Source: an uncultured Candidatus Saccharibacteria bacterium (GTDB lineage: Bacteria; Patescibacteriota; Doudnabacteria; UBA920). Taken from it: 64,000 bases of DNA. The position numbers and the translations under genes are program-made. Each line of letters begins with the position of its first letter. The first letter of the stretch is position 1. The stretch spans positions 5,354 through 69,353 of the forward strand of contig CAZRKK010000002.1 of the NCBI GenBank assembly GCA_964600695.1, read 5' to 3'. The notes below the pieces were generated by a model, which made no database searches, had not been told where the DNA came from, and worked only from the letters and a program-made list of their open reading frames with translations. Of this stretch, positions 18,110-26,995 are shown piece after piece.

Positions 18110-18150
18110 CTCTCTTACAGAGAGCAAGGTAAAACTTGCTCTCTTTTTTC
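18110..18150 (+). terminator. Intrinsic terminator (two tandem hairpins + T-run)
   Basis: ctctcttacagagag and AGAGCAAG-gtaaaa-CTTGCTCT followed by TTTTTTC. Confidence 0.7.
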
Positions 18151-18212
18151 ATTTTTATAAAAAATAGTGGTATAATTAAAACAACTTTAAATTGTTAATT
18201 CGAAACAAAAAT

Positions 18213-21200
18213 ATGGCTAAAGCCGAAATGGCTCGTCAACCAGATCAAGGTCCAGAACCGGCAATTGACTTGTCGAAAACACTCAAAACCAGTGTAGATG
18301 ATGCTAAAAATAGAGCACGACCACGAGGCCGTGATGTTGATTTTGCTATCCAGCAGAATGATATGCGCGAAGCTAATTTAAGACAGGGTCATCCAGACAT
18401 ATCTGATAAAAAAGAGTTTATTCGACGGGAAAAGGCAAAGAACGAGGCGCGTAGTAAGTCTAAATCTGAAAAGGGACCTAAAAAGAATGAAGTAATTCTT
18501 CAACCTATAGCTCCGGCAGAAAAATTAAAAGCTGTAGTTAACCAAGAAAAAGCCGCGCAGAAACAAAAACCAGAGCAAAAGCCGGAAACACAGCCAGAAC
18601 AAAAGATAGCTCAACAAGAACAAAAAGCAGCCCAAGAAACCAGTAAAGTTGTAGAAAGTGTAGTTCAGGAAAGCACTAAAGAGATGTCCGCAGAAGTGGA
18701 CAAGGCACTTGCCGTACATGCAATTAGTCCAGAACATGCTCAGCAAGCCAAAGCAGTTATAAACAATGAACAGGTAAAGCAAGGAGTTTTTTCTAGAGCT
18801 TTTGGTGCTATAAAAGACAAAGCAGTGGGTGTTAAAGAGTGGTTTGCAGATAGTCCTAGGTTAACTTCACTTTTGGTTGGTGCGGGTACTGGTATGGGTG
18901 TTCGTTACGCTGTTAAGGCTGGGTTTATTGCTGCATTTGGAGCAAACTTACCTTGGTTGGTTGCCGCAGGTGCCACTGCAGGTGGTTTACTAGAAGGTGG
19001 GCGTTCATTTTGGCGTGAATCAAAATCCTATCAATCTAAAGAGATTATGGATCGGTTCAGAAGCGCGGATTATCTAGAAAAGGCAGCCATGCTTTCTAAG
19101 CTTGAGGAAGCATACAAAACCCAAAGATTTGATGCGTCTCCAGAAGGTTACCAAGAAATTGGTACAGCTTTGGCTCATGCTCGAACAGAAATGCAACTTG
19201 AATTAGACAAAAAGGATGGCAAGTTTGCTAATCATTCCGATCGAGATAAAATTCAATATATTTTAAATTTATCACAAGGTATTAAGGGTGAAATTCATAA
19301 AGATAATCGTGGTAAGGAAGCCAGAAAGCTTATTCGTGACATCGAAAAGAGCTTAGAGTACAAGCGTGATTTTAAAGGTGTCTTACAGAACAAAAAGATG
19401 GTAGTTGCCAAGGCAGCTCTTAAAGGTGCAGCTTATGGTGGGCTGGGTTCATTAATCGGTGGGGCAGTATCACACTATTTCTTCGAAAGTGGAACAACTC
19501 AAACTGTCAGCCATGTTGTCGAGAACAGACCTACTGTGGCAGATCATTTTACAAAACATTTAGATCATCGAGGTTTAACCGGTGGTGCTCGTGATTCATT
19601 GCATGATTTGATAGAAGAACAAAGAGGTATTGATCCTAATTTTGCCGAAGGAGTCACTGTAGAGCAACTAGTTTATGCAGAAGACACTCTCGCTAAAGAG
19701 GCTATTAAAAATGGCGTTAAGTCTGGCGTTTCGGAGCATACTTGGACTCATGATGAGTTGATGCGAGCCTTAGAAAAATCTGGAGCGGTTGGAGATAGTT
19801 CTACGCTTACTGAAGCAGGAGAAAGGAATATCGGACGATTGATTTCGCATCGACCTCATTTCTTGTCCGAAGCTACCAAAGAGAAAATGCTTGATTTTAC
19901 ACCTAAAGATTTTAATGTAGTTGTTGAGCAAATTACTTCTCAACCAGAAAATATCGTTCTCTCAAACGAAGATTATGCAGCTATTATTGGTGCACTAACC
20001 CTAGTAGCGGCTTCAGAAGTGGCTAGTGCCGCCGACAGAAGAATCGCTAAGAATCGGCTTGAACAAATGCAAGCGAATCCTCCAACTGGCCAGCCAGGGG
20101 ATGGTGTAGAAACAGCTCCAGCTAATAATGTTGTATGGCCTACAGAAGGTGTTCTTACTGCAGAAGAAGCACGTGTGGATAATAGAAAATTCCCTAATGG
20201 CCCACCACCGTCACCATTTGATGGTAATGTAGAAACTACTCCTACACCTAAACCAGAGGGTAGTCCTTTTGATGACGAAAAAAAGCAAAATGCAGAGTCG
20301 ACTACTAATAAAGCAGGTAAGGTTGAGGAAATTGACGAAGATGTTGAAGCTCAAGTGGATGTACAAGATTTGCCTGGTGTAGAAAAAATCAAAGACTCGG
20401 AAGTTACTCCCGATGCAATTAATCGAAAACTGAAGAGTGCAAAAGTTAATGCAGAAGTAGTACCATGGCCTTTAGAAAAGATTACCAACAAACAGAAAGG
20501 ACAAATTAACAGATTAACTGATTTATATATTTCTTCGGCACGCAAGTTAAACGCCTTAAATATTACAAATAAGGTTGTCTTGAATTTTTATCCAACAGGT
20601 TCAAGAGAGTTAGATTTTACAGATTCTGAATTTACCGCTGGTATTCCTCTTAGTGATAAAACTTATAATAAAAAGAGCTTCGAGAGCTTAGTAGATAGGA
20701 TGATTGAAACTAAGATTTCCGAAAAGTTTGCTGAAATACAAAATAACTATGCATTTCAAACAGAGATGCCTGTCATAGGAAATTCAGAGGATGATCAAGC
20801 TGTTGAACAGTATAAAGCTTTAGATAAATTCCAGCGAAACATGGAAGCAATCGACGCAAAAGAATTAAAACGACTAACTTCTGGACTTAAGAAAGTTACA
20901 ATTGGTGACTATTCATTTATAGGTACTGATGAGGTGGTTCTACCAATGTTTATTAGAGACAACAGGGGTTATCATTATAAATCTTTCAAGCCTAACCAAT
21001 TAAAGGGTATGTTGAAAGAGTATTCCAAAGATCGGTTTGCGTTAAAGCCGATGGATTTAAAAGAGCAGAATGATAAATATCCAAATATTGGAGCAGATAA
21101 AAACTTTTACGATAATATCGAGGAAGCTGAGAGGATAAAAGCAGAAGAATTAGTATACAGTGTTATTGAAAATGAATTCAAAGATGGTTTTCCACCAAAC

Positions 21201-21806
21201 GTAAAGGTATTGTTTTCGGATAGATTCCAGTCAAAGCCAGGTGTCTTATACCTCGACATGTCAAAGTTTGACCAAGCATATATTAGTCGTCAGCTTCACC
21301 AAGGATTGCGTCGTTCTGCGCCAGATCGTTTACAGCGCACTCCTGGTCCTGTTAAAGAGCGTTTAAAGCGGGTTTCTCCTGATTATGGGAATAAAAAGTC
21401 TGACCAAGACAAAGCCATTGAAGCAGCTGTTGATAGAATAATTCGACCCGAAGATTGGGAGAAAAAAGAAACTGGGCCAGCTAATTTAAACCATATTGAA
21501 GAACAGAACGGAGAAGATGAGCTCTATAGTTTACTTGGAGACATAGATAAGAAATATCCAGGGTCTATCTCCGAAAGCATGCAAAAAAAGATCTCTAGTT
21601 ACTTAAAAGACAATAATTTATCAGCAGAGGATTTACTAACCGCCGATAAATTACCTAAAATTACGAGTGTTCTTCCTAAAAAACTTGAGCAGTACATAGC
21701 CGAAGAGTCGTTTGCTAAACTAGAAAAACTGGCAATGGCCGACGAGGATTATACTGACGAAGGCATTAGATTAAAAAATCAGTTAGAAGAATTCATCAAA
21801 AAATAA
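18213..21806 (+). CDS. Giant hypothetical protein (~1197 aa): K/Q/E-rich disordered N-terminus, Gly-zipper hydrophobic hairpin, large C-terminal region without recognised catalytic motif
   Basis: Continuous 3.6-kb ORF; promoter atagTGgTATAAT at 18166-18176; hydrophobic LTSLLVGAGTGMGVRYAVKAGFIAAFGANLPWLVAAGATAGGLL; start ATG 18213 (ORF track 18192 is TTG). Confidence 0.6.
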   Translation: MAKAEMARQPDQGPEPAIDLSKTLKTSVDDAKNRARPRGRDVDFAIQQNDMREANLRQGHPDISDKKEFIRREKAKNEARSKSKSEKGPKKNEVILQPIAPAEKLKAVVNQEKAAQKQKPEQKPETQPEQKIAQQEQKAAQETSKVVESVVQESTKEMSAEVDKALAVHAISPEHAQQAKAVINNEQVKQGVFSRAFGAIKDKAVGVKEWFADSPRLTSLLVGAGTGMGVRYAVKAGFIAAFGANLPWLVAAGATAGGLLEGGRSFWRESKSYQSKEIMDRFRSADYLEKAAMLSKLEEAYKTQRFDASPEGYQEIGTALAHARTEMQLELDKKDGKFANHSDRDKIQYILNLSQGIKGEIHKDNRGKEARKLIRDIEKSLEYKRDFKGVLQNKKMVVAKAALKGAAYGGLGSLIGGAVSHYFFESGTTQTVSHVVENRPTVADHFTKHLDHRGLTGGARDSLHDLIEEQRGIDPNFAEGVTVEQLVYAEDTLAKEAIKNGVKSGVSEHTWTHDELMRALEKSGAVGDSSTLTEAGERNIGRLISHRPHFLSEATKEKMLDFTPKDFNVVVEQITSQPENIVLSNEDYAAIIGALTLVAASEVASAADRRIAKNRLEQMQANPPTGQPGDGVETAPANNVVWPTEGVLTAEEARVDNRKFPNGPPPSPFDGNVETTPTPKPEGSPFDDEKKQNAESTTNKAGKVEEIDEDVEAQVDVQDLPGVEKIKDSEVTPDAINRKLKSAKVNAEVVPWPLEKITNKQKGQINRLTDLYISSARKLNALNITNKVVLNFYPTGSRELDFTDSEFTAGIPLSDKTYNKKSFESLVDRMIETKISEKFAEIQNNYAFQTEMPVIGNSEDDQAVEQYKALDKFQRNMEAIDAKELKRLTSGLKKVTIGDYSFIGTDEVVLPMFIRDNRGYHYKSFKPNQLKGMLKEYSKDRFALKPMDLKEQNDKYPNIGADKNFYDNIEEAERIKAEELVYSVIENEFKDGFPPNVKVLFSDRFQSKPGVLYLDMSKFDQAYISRQLHQGLRRSAPDRLQRTPGPVKERLKRVSPDYGNKKSDQDKAIEAAVDRIIRPEDWEKKETGPANLNHIEEQNGEDELYSLLGDIDKKYPGSISESMQKKISSYLKDNNLSAEDLLTADKLPKITSVLPKKLEQYIAEESFAKLEKLAMADEDYTDEGIRLKNQLEEFIKK

Positions 21807-21809
21807 GCC

Positions 21810-22124
21810 ATGATTAAAGATACAATAGACAAGGTTCTTAAAGAGTTAAACGTCAACAATCTATCTGATGATGATAAGTTTGCGGTGATGGAGCAACTTA
21901 CAGAGCACTTTAACAAAATCATTCTAGACACAGTACTAGCTAATCTTAATGACGAGCAACTCCTCGAGTTTAAGAATATGGTTGATCTGGAGGATTTAGA
22001 TAAAATGGAAGAAGGAATTGCTCTTATTGTAGCCAAAATTCCCGCAATAAACTTTAAAATCGAAGAAGCCATTAATAATGAAATCGCTCATATTAAAGAA
22101 TCCAAAGCGATAATCGATCGATAG
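21810..22124 (+). CDS. Small acidic helical protein, translationally coupled (3-nt gap) to the giant protein; candidate chaperone/immunity-type partner
   Basis: 104 aa, Asp/Glu-rich (NLSDDDKFAVMEQLTEHF ... DLEDLDKMEEG). Confidence 0.5.
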   Translation: MIKDTIDKVLKELNVNNLSDDDKFAVMEQLTEHFNKIILDTVLANLNDEQLLEFKNMVDLEDLDKMEEGIALIVAKIPAINFKIEEAINNEIAHIKESKAIIDR

Positions 22125-22234
22125 TTACTTTCTTTTTAAACATAGTTGTGGTATAGTTCTGGTAACTGTCTAGGACTGAATTTATTGCGGAAACAGAAAT
22201 CAAAATTTAAAAATCAAAGAAAACCAAAAACAAA

Positions 22235-22882
22235 ATGGATAAATCAGCAAATTTTGCTTTGATCGTGCAAATGATCGAAGCTGCAGAAAAGAATATTCAA
22301 TCGGCTAAGCATTTATTGCGAGAAATGGCCGGTGGAACTGTATCTAAATCTTCCACTAACTTTTTAGAAAAGGCTAGTGGTCTTGATGTTAGTCAAGGTG
22401 GTAAAGTTGTCGAGGGTGTGTTTGATGGACAAAACATGATTGGTCCGGATAGCAAACAGTACCCAGTTCCAGCTAATTATGCATCCAAATCCAAATTAGT
22501 TGAAGGTGATGTGCTTAAATTAACAATCGCAGATGACGGCTCGTTTATTTATAAGCAGATTGGGCCAGTTGAGCGTCGCAAGTTGATTGGTGTGTTAATG
22601 CAGGACGAAAATGGTGATTATAAAGTTATCGCAGATGGCAAAACTTTTCGGGTTTTATTGGCTTCACTTACTTATTTTAAAGCTCAGGGTGGTGACGAAG
22701 TAACTATTGTTGTCCCTAGTGAAGGTGATACTCAATGGGCTGCAGTAGAAAATGTGATCAAGCATTTAGGTGGTGACGGAAGTTCCGACGGGGAATTTAG
22801 TGCATCCGCTGGGCTGCAAGACCAAAAAGATGAAGACATGGAAGCTGAGGGTTTAGCCTCTGGCGAGACAGAAGAATTTTAA
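22235..22882 (+). CDS. Hypothetical protein with acidic C-terminal tail
   Basis: 215-aa ORF; upstream ttgTGgTATAGT extended -10 at 22148-22158 and CA-rich SD-less leader. Confidence 0.55.
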   Translation: MDKSANFALIVQMIEAAEKNIQSAKHLLREMAGGTVSKSSTNFLEKASGLDVSQGGKVVEGVFDGQNMIGPDSKQYPVPANYASKSKLVEGDVLKLTIADDGSFIYKQIGPVERRKLIGVLMQDENGDYKVIADGKTFRVLLASLTYFKAQGGDEVTIVVPSEGDTQWAAVENVIKHLGGDGSSDGEFSASAGLQDQKDEDMEAEGLASGETEEF

Positions 22883-22909
22883 TTTTTAATCTTAATTAGG
22901 ATTAGTTTT

Positions 22910-23578
22910 ATGGAAGGTCAGTTGCTTACATTCAATCAAAAACTAACTCAATTGCTGGCAAATAAACCAGTTATTTTGCAAATTCTAAAATTTGCTGCTA
23001 TAGGTGCTCTTAACACAGCTTTAGATTTTATTATTCTCAATTATGTTACTAAAGCTTTTGGTGTGGAATCAGGACTTAATTTAGGCCTTTTAAATGTCAT
23101 TAGTTTTGGAGCAGCAATGATTCAGAGCTACTTATGGAATCGGGCATGGACCTTTGCAGCATCTAATTCTTCTCCTTTATCTAATCTATTTCGGTTGATA
23201 GTTGTTGGTGGTTTGGGGTTTGTTAGCTTTTTATTGGTGGTTATAGGTGGAATTTACAGCGTAGTCGATACCTATTACTTATTCATTTTAATAGTATTTT
23301 TAATTGCAGAAATCTTGATTTGGTATGGTTTTAACCTTAATTTAGGTAGTGATTCCAGTGTTGGTGTCGGTCATCAGTTTGGAATATTCATGATTGTTAG
23401 TTTAATTGGGTTATTGATAAATAGCGGAATTGTAGTAATTGCTTCTATGGCTCTAGCCCCGACATTATCTAATTTAATTAATGTGGATTCTGTAAAGAAT
23501 GTAGCTAAGATCCTGGCAACCATGGTTTCTTTGATCTGGAATTTTGTAGGTTATAAGCTATTTGTGTTCAAGAAATAA
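22910..23578 (+). CDS. GtrA-like polytopic membrane protein
   Basis: N-terminus ILKFAAIGALNTALDFIILNYVTKAFGV resembles the GtrA family; ~5 TM helices. Confidence 0.5.
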   Translation: MEGQLLTFNQKLTQLLANKPVILQILKFAAIGALNTALDFIILNYVTKAFGVESGLNLGLLNVISFGAAMIQSYLWNRAWTFAASNSSPLSNLFRLIVVGGLGFVSFLLVVIGGIYSVVDTYYLFILIVFLIAEILIWYGFNLNLGSDSSVGVGHQFGIFMIVSLIGLLINSGIVVIASMALAPTLSNLINVDSVKNVAKILATMVSLIWNFVGYKLFVFKK

Positions 23579-23612
23579 TTTTTAAAAAAGTAGCATAATT
23601 AAGCTAAATTTT

Positions 23613-23636
23613 ACTGGCGTATAGCCAGTTTTTTTA
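23613..23636 (+). terminator. Intrinsic terminator
   Basis: ACTGGC-gtata-GCCAGT + T7; followed immediately by tatggTATAAT promoter (23637-23645) for dnaX. Confidence 0.75.
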
Positions 23637-23722
23637 TGGTATAATATAAGGAGCAAAGACAGTGATTTACTCAGCAAAACACTAGCAAATCTGGTATCAA
23701 AATAAATTAGAAACAAATTTAA

Positions 23723-25273
23723 ATGGCAGTATTTTACCAAACATATCGACCACAAAATTTTTTGGAAGTCATTGGCCAAGAGGCGATTGTTAAAACCCTT
23801 CAACAAGCTGTTGCAAGCGGGAAGATTGGTCATGCTTATTTGTTTACCGGCAGTCGTGGTATAGGAAAAACTACACTAGCAAGGATACTGGCTAAGGCCG
23901 CTAACTGTAATACTCTTAAAGATGGTAACCCTTGTGGGATTTGTGATATTTGTTTAAATATCGCCAATGGTTCCTTCTTGGATGTAATAGAAATTGACGC
24001 TGCATCTCATACTGGTGTAGATAACATCCGCGAACTCATCGAACATATTAGATTTCAACCTTCACAGGGTAGAACTAAAGTTTTTGTAATAGACGAAGTA
24101 CATATGCTTTCCAAAGCAGCCTTTAATGCTTTACTCAAAACTTTAGAAGAACCACCATCACATGTCTTGTTCATTTTAGCTACTACTGACATAGAAAAAG
24201 TTCCGGATACGATTATTTCTCGAACTCAGCGATTTGATTTTAGAAAGATTACTACCGATCAAATTAAAAAAGCTTTGCAACAAATTGTTAAGGTAGAAAA
24301 ATTATCTTTGCCAGAAGAGGCTATTGATGTCATTGTCGAAAATAGTGAAGGTGGTTTACGAGATGCTTTATCTCAATTATCATTAGCTGCTCATTTAGAT
24401 AGCTCTGCAAAGGCAGAAGACATTCATTTGTTGTTGGGAACAACATCACGGTCATCAGTTTTGGAGTTGTTGAATTTAATTTCCGAAGGTAAGACTTATG
24501 AGTTAAACGCTTTTTTTAACAAATTAACTCAAGCTAATTTTGATGCTGTTTCTTTTGCCAGAAAGACTTTAGTTATTTTACAGGAGCATTTAGAGGCAAA
24601 TCTTTCTGCTTCGAGTGACGGTAAAAATGGCGCTAATGATTTGATTGCAAGTCTTAGCCTTGCTCAGTTACTTTACATTATTCGATTGTTTATGCGAGCT
24701 TACAAAGAGATTGATAAAGCCTTAACTCCAGAACTTCCCTTGCTAATGGCTAGTATCGAAGCGGCGTTATTTATTAAACCTAACTCGACAATTTCTGTGG
24801 AAAAAGGCCGAAGTGAGCAAAGTAGCTCCGCGGCTACAGCATCGATAATTTCTACAAGTGAATTAGTGGATATACCAATTCAAAAGCAACCAGTTTTTGC
24901 TACAGAAAATATCGAGCCCGAGCAGGATAGTGATTTAAATTTAACAGCTGAACAGGTTAAAGAGTGGTGGCCTGGTCTTGTAGCAGAAGTGAAGGCAGTG
25001 AACAGCCCTTTGTCTACTTTGTTAAAAAATTCTCCTATCCATGAGGTTTCCGGTAATCGAGTCAGTGTAATGGTTAGATACCTTTTCCATAAAGAACATT
25101 TAGAAAATGCCAAGATTCGCGTGATGATTTCCAATTATCTAGGCGAAAAAGCTGGTGGAAACGTAGAATTTAGAGTAGTGATCCAAAAAGATTCGGTTGG
25201 AGAACAAATCGTTGATACGGCCTCTGCTGTATCTGATGCAATAAAAATATTCGGTGGCGAATTGGTGGAGTAA
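23723..25273 (+). CDS. dnaX: DNA polymerase III subunit gamma/tau
   Basis: GHAYLFTGSRGIGKTTLARILAKAANC; clamp-loader AAA+ motifs. Confidence 0.9.
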   Translation: MAVFYQTYRPQNFLEVIGQEAIVKTLQQAVASGKIGHAYLFTGSRGIGKTTLARILAKAANCNTLKDGNPCGICDICLNIANGSFLDVIEIDAASHTGVDNIRELIEHIRFQPSQGRTKVFVIDEVHMLSKAAFNALLKTLEEPPSHVLFILATTDIEKVPDTIISRTQRFDFRKITTDQIKKALQQIVKVEKLSLPEEAIDVIVENSEGGLRDALSQLSLAAHLDSSAKAEDIHLLLGTTSRSSVLELLNLISEGKTYELNAFFNKLTQANFDAVSFARKTLVILQEHLEANLSASSDGKNGANDLIASLSLAQLLYIIRLFMRAYKEIDKALTPELPLLMASIEAALFIKPNSTISVEKGRSEQSSSAATASIISTSELVDIPIQKQPVFATENIEPEQDSDLNLTAEQVKEWWPGLVAEVKAVNSPLSTLLKNSPIHEVSGNRVSVMVRYLFHKEHLENAKIRVMISNYLGEKAGGNVEFRVVIQKDSVGEQIVDTASAVSDAIKIFGGELVE

Positions 25274-25360
25274 ATATTCTTCAAAATTCCAAGGCTCATA
25301 AGCAACTTAGATCAATCATAAAAATAAAGTTAAAATCTAAATTAAAATAAAAATATTAAA

Positions 25361-26995
25361 ATGTTTACTAACCCAGAACAAAAAAATAAAAAGATTACCT
25401 TTGCAGTAATAGCGATGGCGGTCGTTGCTTTGGCCGTGGTAACAATATGGCAACCAGGAGAGTTAAGCTTCACGGATAAAACAGATTACAATGCTGAGAC
25501 ACAAAGAGCTCAGGCTGAATTAGCACAATACAAAGCCTTTTTAGCGGAACTTGAACCAAATTACGAAGCTAGTCAACAGTTATTAAAAAAGATTGCTAGT
25601 GCAGATGTAGTTCGTGCAGAAGTTGAGCAGACTTTACAGACAAAGCAGAAAATTGTTATTCCACAAATCGCCAACTCCGAATTAAATATCAGCGATCGTA
25701 AGGATAAAGACTTTGTTTTAAATTATTTGAACACAGTTAGTTCCATGGTGGCTAATTACAAAAATGCAGTTCAACCCGGAACTAATGATTTATTTGTTGA
25801 TAATGCCAACTCTGCTAGTTTGGCTAGGGCTAAGTCGGAAACCGATAGATTTTTAGCAAATTTACGCGGTGTGTCTGTGCCTGCTAGTTTAGTTGAATTA
25901 CACAAAGCTAATATTGTTTCTTTTCAAAAGTACGGACAAATTTTTAATGATGCAGCAAGTTATAGCGAGGGAAGTAACATCGATCCATGGCCAAGTTTCT
26001 ACCAGAGTTACGCTGTGATCGATAATAGATTAGCTGTAGTAAGTAACGAATTAACAAAAGTTGGAAATCAGTTTGCTTTAGCCGAAGAGTTAGAGCGCGC
26101 AACAGGGCCACCATTTATTAAAGTAGCTCAAGCTCAATTAGGTGGTGTGGTAGTAGTTTCTACAGATTTAAAGCGTGATATTTTGGAAGGCATTAAAGAA
26201 GGTTTGGCTAAGTCTTTTGCAAACTTTTCCATGAAGATGCTAGATAAATTAGTCTCTCATATCGAAAAAAGTTTTGCTATTGCTAGTCAACTATATTATT
26301 CCAATGAGCTTGGTAGGTTCTATTCTGTTGAGTATATGAAGAAATTTGTTTCTGATCCACTGGACCAAAGTATTATCCAAAAGTTTTTACCCGAATACTT
26401 TTGTATCGCGCCAAACAAAAAAGATTTGAATAAAATCTTTGTAGCCAAGGCAGCCGAAAATGTGGGTAATGATATAACCATTAATCCGAATGATCCAGAC
26501 TTTGTAGAAAAACTAGCACGGTTGGGAAGTGATGAAAAAAATTATCCACAATGGTGGGAAGGTTACTATCAAGGTTTGGCAGCACAAACAAAGGCAGAGG
26601 CCGAAAGTGCTTCTACTAAAGAAGTTTTGAGCCCTGGAGTAAAAACCGGGAGAGACATAATTACTAACCAAGTTAACAAAACAGTTTCGGCAATTTTCAG
26701 TGTACAAGAAGCGGCAATTTCTGGAGCAATTAACTTAGGAACCAATAACACAGGTAGCCCTGTGAGTCAGTTAGTTTCTGGTGTGGTAGAAGGCTTGGTT
26801 AATAAATTTGTGTTTACCCCAATAAGTGGTGGAGCTTCTAGTGGCGGTGGGATTGGCGTTATCCAAGAAAAAAATGTTTGTCTACAAACTCAAGAGATTA
26901 AGCCTTTGATTCCATTACCTTCATCGGAATACGAAACACCTACAGGAACAACTACAGCTCCAGTTACATCACCACCGTTTGTACCACGTAATTAA
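25361..26995 (+). CDS. Hypothetical exported protein with N-terminal TM anchor and Gly/Ser/Thr/Pro-rich C-terminus
   Basis: 544 aa; TM ITFAVIAMAVVALAVVTIW; C-terminal SGGASSGGGIG ... TPTGTTTAPVTSPP. Confidence 0.55.
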   Translation: MFTNPEQKNKKITFAVIAMAVVALAVVTIWQPGELSFTDKTDYNAETQRAQAELAQYKAFLAELEPNYEASQQLLKKIASADVVRAEVEQTLQTKQKIVIPQIANSELNISDRKDKDFVLNYLNTVSSMVANYKNAVQPGTNDLFVDNANSASLARAKSETDRFLANLRGVSVPASLVELHKANIVSFQKYGQIFNDAASYSEGSNIDPWPSFYQSYAVIDNRLAVVSNELTKVGNQFALAEELERATGPPFIKVAQAQLGGVVVVSTDLKRDILEGIKEGLAKSFANFSMKMLDKLVSHIEKSFAIASQLYYSNELGRFYSVEYMKKFVSDPLDQSIIQKFLPEYFCIAPNKKDLNKIFVAKAAENVGNDITINPNDPDFVEKLARLGSDEKNYPQWWEGYYQGLAAQTKAEAESASTKEVLSPGVKTGRDIITNQVNKTVSAIFSVQEAAISGAINLGTNNTGSPVSQLVSGVVEGLVNKFVFTPISGGASSGGGIGVIQEKNVCLQTQEIKPLIPLPSSEYETPTGTTTAPVTSPPFVPRN

